From a bacterium (GTDB taxonomy: Bacteria; UBA8248): a stretch of DNA of 64,000 bases. A model generated the notes under the pieces. That model saw only the letters and a program-made list of their open reading frames with translations, did no database searches and was not told the origin of the DNA. The position numbers and the translations under genes were made by a program. The stretch covers positions 1,280,001-1,344,000 of the forward strand of contig CBDCRP010000003.1 in NCBI GenBank assembly GCA_965221165.1, given 5' to 3'. Below, piece after piece: positions 60,946 to 64,000 of the stretch (its first letter is position 1; every line of letters begins with the position of its first letter).

Positions 60946-62406
60946 TCAACCTGCCTGTGAGCGCATCGCCTTTTCGTATAAATCGACATAGCGGGGCGCG
61001 ACGCCGTCCCAGCCGGAGTTCTTCTCCATCGCGTTGCGCATCATCATACGCCAAAGCCTCTGATTCAAAAACACTTGGCAAATCGCCTTCATCCCGGCGA
61101 GGAAATCGGCAGGAGCGAACGCGTCGAAATGAAAGCCGGTGTCCACGTCCGGCTCGGGCACGGGAGATGAGTGAACAGAATCCGCGAGCCCGCCGACCCG
61201 CCGCACGTAAGGGAGAGCGCCGTAGCGCATGGCGTATAGCTGGTTCAGGCCCGAAGGTTCATAGCGCGAGGGCATCAGCAACACGTCGCCCCCCGCGTAC
61301 ATGCGGTGAGAGAGCGCCTCATCATAAGCGGGCGCGAACGCCACCCGGCCCGGATAGGCCGCGGCGGCCTCGGCCAGGGCTTCCTCCAACTCCTCCTCGC
61401 CGGTTCCCAGGACGGCCAGGCTCATGCCTGAGTCCATCAACTCGTCCATGGTTTCTAAAATCAGGTCGATTCCCTTCTGATGCGCCAGCCGCGAGACGAC
61501 GACGCACAAAGGGCCCTTCGAATCCGGGTCCAATCCCAATTCCGCCTGAAGCGCAGCCTTGCACTTCGCCTTCGCTTCCGGATGCGCGCTCGAGAAGGCG
61601 GCCGGAATATGAGGGTCGCTCTCCGGGTTCCAGACCGCCTCGTCGATGCCGTTCATGATGCCGAACAAAGAGGATGATCTCCGGGCGACCACCCCTTCCA
61701 TTCCCTCCCCCTGCTCTTGCGTCCGCATCTCTTCGGCATACCTCTCGCTCACGGTGGAGAAGGCGTCGCTGAACAAGATGCCGCCCTTCATGAAGTTCAC
61801 GTCGCCATGAAATTCCAGGCCCTCAAAACCCATCGCCTCATCGGGCAGGCACGTGTGCGCGAAATCATCCGGGTGGAAGCGGCCCTGGTACGCCAGGTTG
61901 TGAATGGTGAAAACGGTGGAAACACCGCTCCACCTCGCATCCTCCGCGCGGCGATATTTCAGCAATGGCGGTATCAAGGCGCCTTGCCAGTCATGGCAAT
62001 GGATGATGGAGGGGTACGCCCCTTCCCGCTCCATGTGGGAGAGAGCGCCCCGGGTGAGGCGCGCGAAACGCTCCGCGTTGTCGGGAAACGCCCCGCCTGA
62101 GTCTCCGTAAAACCCATCCCTATCGAACAGGTCATCGGCGGCGACGAGTTTGACCGAAACACCCTCGTGTTCGAGCGAGAACACCTCGTAGCGCGCATCC
62201 GAGAAGACGTCCGCCACCTGCGCGGGGGGAGCCGGCTTATATTTTTGAAGGATCACGCGATATGCAGGAAGATAAACGCAAACCCGGTGACCCATCCGCC
62301 CCAGGGCCGGCGGCAGCGCGCCGATGACGTCCCCGAGTCCGCCTGATTTCGCGAAGGGAAACATCTCGCTCGCCGCCATGGTGATTTCCATTGGTTCGTC
62401 CTTCAT
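60946..62406 (-). CDS. glgA: Glycogen synthase
   Basis: KSGGLGDV, HCHDWQ, TIHNLAYQG and PSRYEP motifs. Confidence 0.96.
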   Translation of the reverse strand: MKDEPMEITMAASEMFPFAKSGGLGDVIGALPPALGRMGHRVCVYLPAYRVILQKYKPAPPAQVADVFSDARYEVFSLEHEGVSVKLVAADDLFDRDGFYGDSGGAFPDNAERFARLTRGALSHMEREGAYPSIIHCHDWQGALIPPLLKYRRAEDARWSGVSTVFTIHNLAYQGRFHPDDFAHTCLPDEAMGFEGLEFHGDVNFMKGGILFSDAFSTVSERYAEEMRTQEQGEGMEGVVARRSSSLFGIMNGIDEAVWNPESDPHIPAAFSSAHPEAKAKCKAALQAELGLDPDSKGPLCVVVSRLAHQKGIDLILETMDELMDSGMSLAVLGTGEEELEEALAEAAAAYPGRVAFAPAYDEALSHRMYAGGDVLLMPSRYEPSGLNQLYAMRYGALPYVRRVGGLADSVHSSPVPEPDVDTGFHFDAFAPADFLAGMKAICQVFLNQRLWRMMMRNAMEKNSGWDGVAPRYVDLYEKAMRSQAG

Positions 62407-62554
62407 GCCACGTACTCCCTGGTGCATCGGTTTTCGGTTTTTCGTCTTACCGGCTCATGCTTTCGATACTCTAAGCCATCGCCAACCTATACATGAATCA
62501 TAACGCTTATGTTACAATCGAATGAAGGATTCATGAAAAAGGCGTGGAGGTTCC

Positions 62555-62962
62555 ATGCGATACCTGGTGCGCGGAAAAATGATTGAGGGCAAAGGCGCCG
62601 CTCTGCTCGAAGCCATCGAGTCCGGCGAACTCGGGCGCGGCTCCATCGCGCACGGAACTTTCCTGAAATGCATGAAAGACGCGAGGCTGACCACGGAGGG
62701 CGAGGTTCGCTGGCTCGAGGTCTGCTACTGCCGCGAGGCGTTCGGGCCGGGCTACGAGTTGTATGAAGAACTGCCTTACTGGGAGGCGTATTTCGAGGAG
62801 ATCGACGTGCGCTTCGCCCGAAAACCCGAAGATTGCGAGGGCTATCCCGTCTGCGGGGATTGTGATTGCACGGAAAGACTCGAGGCGAAACTGGATAAAC
62901 TGGGCGTCCCCTTTTTCAAGCATCTGAGAAAATCCGTATCTTCTCCTAAAGCCTCACGATGA
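62555..62962 (+). CDS. Hypothetical Cys-rich protein
   Basis: RBS GGAGG; EVCYC and CEGYPVCGDCDC motifs. Confidence 0.65.
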   Translation: MRYLVRGKMIEGKGAALLEAIESGELGRGSIAHGTFLKCMKDARLTTEGEVRWLEVCYCREAFGPGYELYEELPYWEAYFEEIDVRFARKPEDCEGYPVCGDCDCTERLEAKLDKLGVPFFKHLRKSVSSPKASR

Positions 62963-63940
62963 GTCGGCCCAACGCGCGGGTCCTACTTTTTTGGTGAGCT
63001 TCCACCTGTCGTGAATCCATAGGTACTGCTCCGGTCCCTTTCGGATAAAGTTTTCCGTCTCCTCGTTCACCGCCCTCGTGAGCCTCTCGATTTCCTTCCT
63101 CGCGCTTCGCGCGCTCATATCGGGCGCTATCGGCTCGCTGAGCAAAACCTGATAGCGCCGGTCATCGCCTTTTCTCAGGCATGCGATCAACACGATGGGC
63201 CGGTTGTAGAGAACCGCGAGCGCGGCGGGGGCGGGCGTCGTCCTGGCGGGCTTGCCGAAAAACGGCGCGTCTATTCCCTCACCGCCCGCGTTCTGATCGG
63301 CTAGAATCGCTACCGAACGGCCCTTGCGCAGCGCCTCGCGCAGATGGAAAAAAGCGTTTTTCTTGGCGAGTATCTCCTGCCCGGAGGATGCGCGCATTTC
63401 ATGCAGCGCGGCTTCGAGCTTCCGGTTGTCCAGGGGACGCACGGGGATGGTGAGCGGAATCCCCGCCAGCGCGCCGGCATGGGCGAGACATTCCCAATTC
63501 CCCAGATGCGGCACGACGAACACGCAGCCACCCGCATCCACATGAACCGCGCGTACTTTGTCGAATATCTCCTCCGCCCCGTCCACGACCTCGCGCATCG
63601 TCTCGCTCGCCCGGCGCGGCTCGAAGCGATAGAGAAACTTCGCAGCCTCCAGACAAGTGAGGACGAACGCCTGGCAACTGCGCTTCGCCAGAACGAGGCG
63701 CTGTTCCTCGTCGAGTTCGGGAAACGCAATGCGCAGGTTGGCGCGCGCAATGCGCCTCCTCCTGGGAGCCAGGCGAAAAATCGCCTCTCCCGCCACGGCG
63801 GAAAACGCGCGGCAAGCCCCGTAGGGCAGCAGACGAACCACGCTCAGAAGCGAAACGAGCAAGGCGTATTCCACCCATTGGTGAAGCGCGCTCTTGTGCT
63901 TGCCGTGCTTCCTCCTGGTGCGTTTCTCGGATTTGTTCAC
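62954..63940 (-). CDS. Lysophospholipid acyltransferase (LpxL/HtrB family)
   Basis: HLGNWE, LADQ, FFG and PEQYLWIHDRWK motifs. Confidence 0.92.
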   Translation of the reverse strand: MNKSEKRTRRKHGKHKSALHQWVEYALLVSLLSVVRLLPYGACRAFSAVAGEAIFRLAPRRRRIARANLRIAFPELDEEQRLVLAKRSCQAFVLTCLEAAKFLYRFEPRRASETMREVVDGAEEIFDKVRAVHVDAGGCVFVVPHLGNWECLAHAGALAGIPLTIPVRPLDNRKLEAALHEMRASSGQEILAKKNAFFHLREALRKGRSVAILADQNAGGEGIDAPFFGKPARTTPAPAALAVLYNRPIVLIACLRKGDDRRYQVLLSEPIAPDMSARSARKEIERLTRAVNEETENFIRKGPEQYLWIHDRWKLTKKVGPARWADSS

Positions 63941-64000
63941 TGTGCGGCGACGATGGTCGCGGAGGATTGCCCGCCGATGCCGTGACTCAGGGACAAGAAC

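Overview
GC-rich bacterial chromosome segment from an apparently diderm organism (LpxL-like acyltransferase, TonB, c-type cytochrome). It is mostly housekeeping and metabolic genes: a Mo-hydroxylase large subunit, a CUT1 ABC transporter, gpsA, groES-groEL, lhr, tmk-holB-ricT-metG-tatD, a sigma54 two-component pair, hrcA-dnaJ-prmA-rsmE, purD, phnA and glgA-glgC. Intergenic spaces carry several palindromic repeat families (GTAG REP-like, ATTCCG-N8-CGGAAT, MITE-like ends). The best candidate for an undescribed system is a 4.4-kb, lower-GC defence cassette (39603-44135) encoding a nuclease-methyltransferase, a specificity subunit and a HEPN-motif protein. It is bracketed by two copies of the hrcA promoter plus CIRCE operator, so it is predicted to be HrcA/heat-shock controlled. 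Its RM/S junction has a textbook -1 frameshift signal (U UUU UUU, 6-nt spacer, 14-bp stem) that would produce RM and RM-S fusion proteins. Other highlights: a candidate sigma54-dependent four-hairpin sRNA (4115-4267) and a second promoter-duplication gene capture (patatin upstream of lhr). All calls come from reading motifs by eye; no database searches or folding computations were run.
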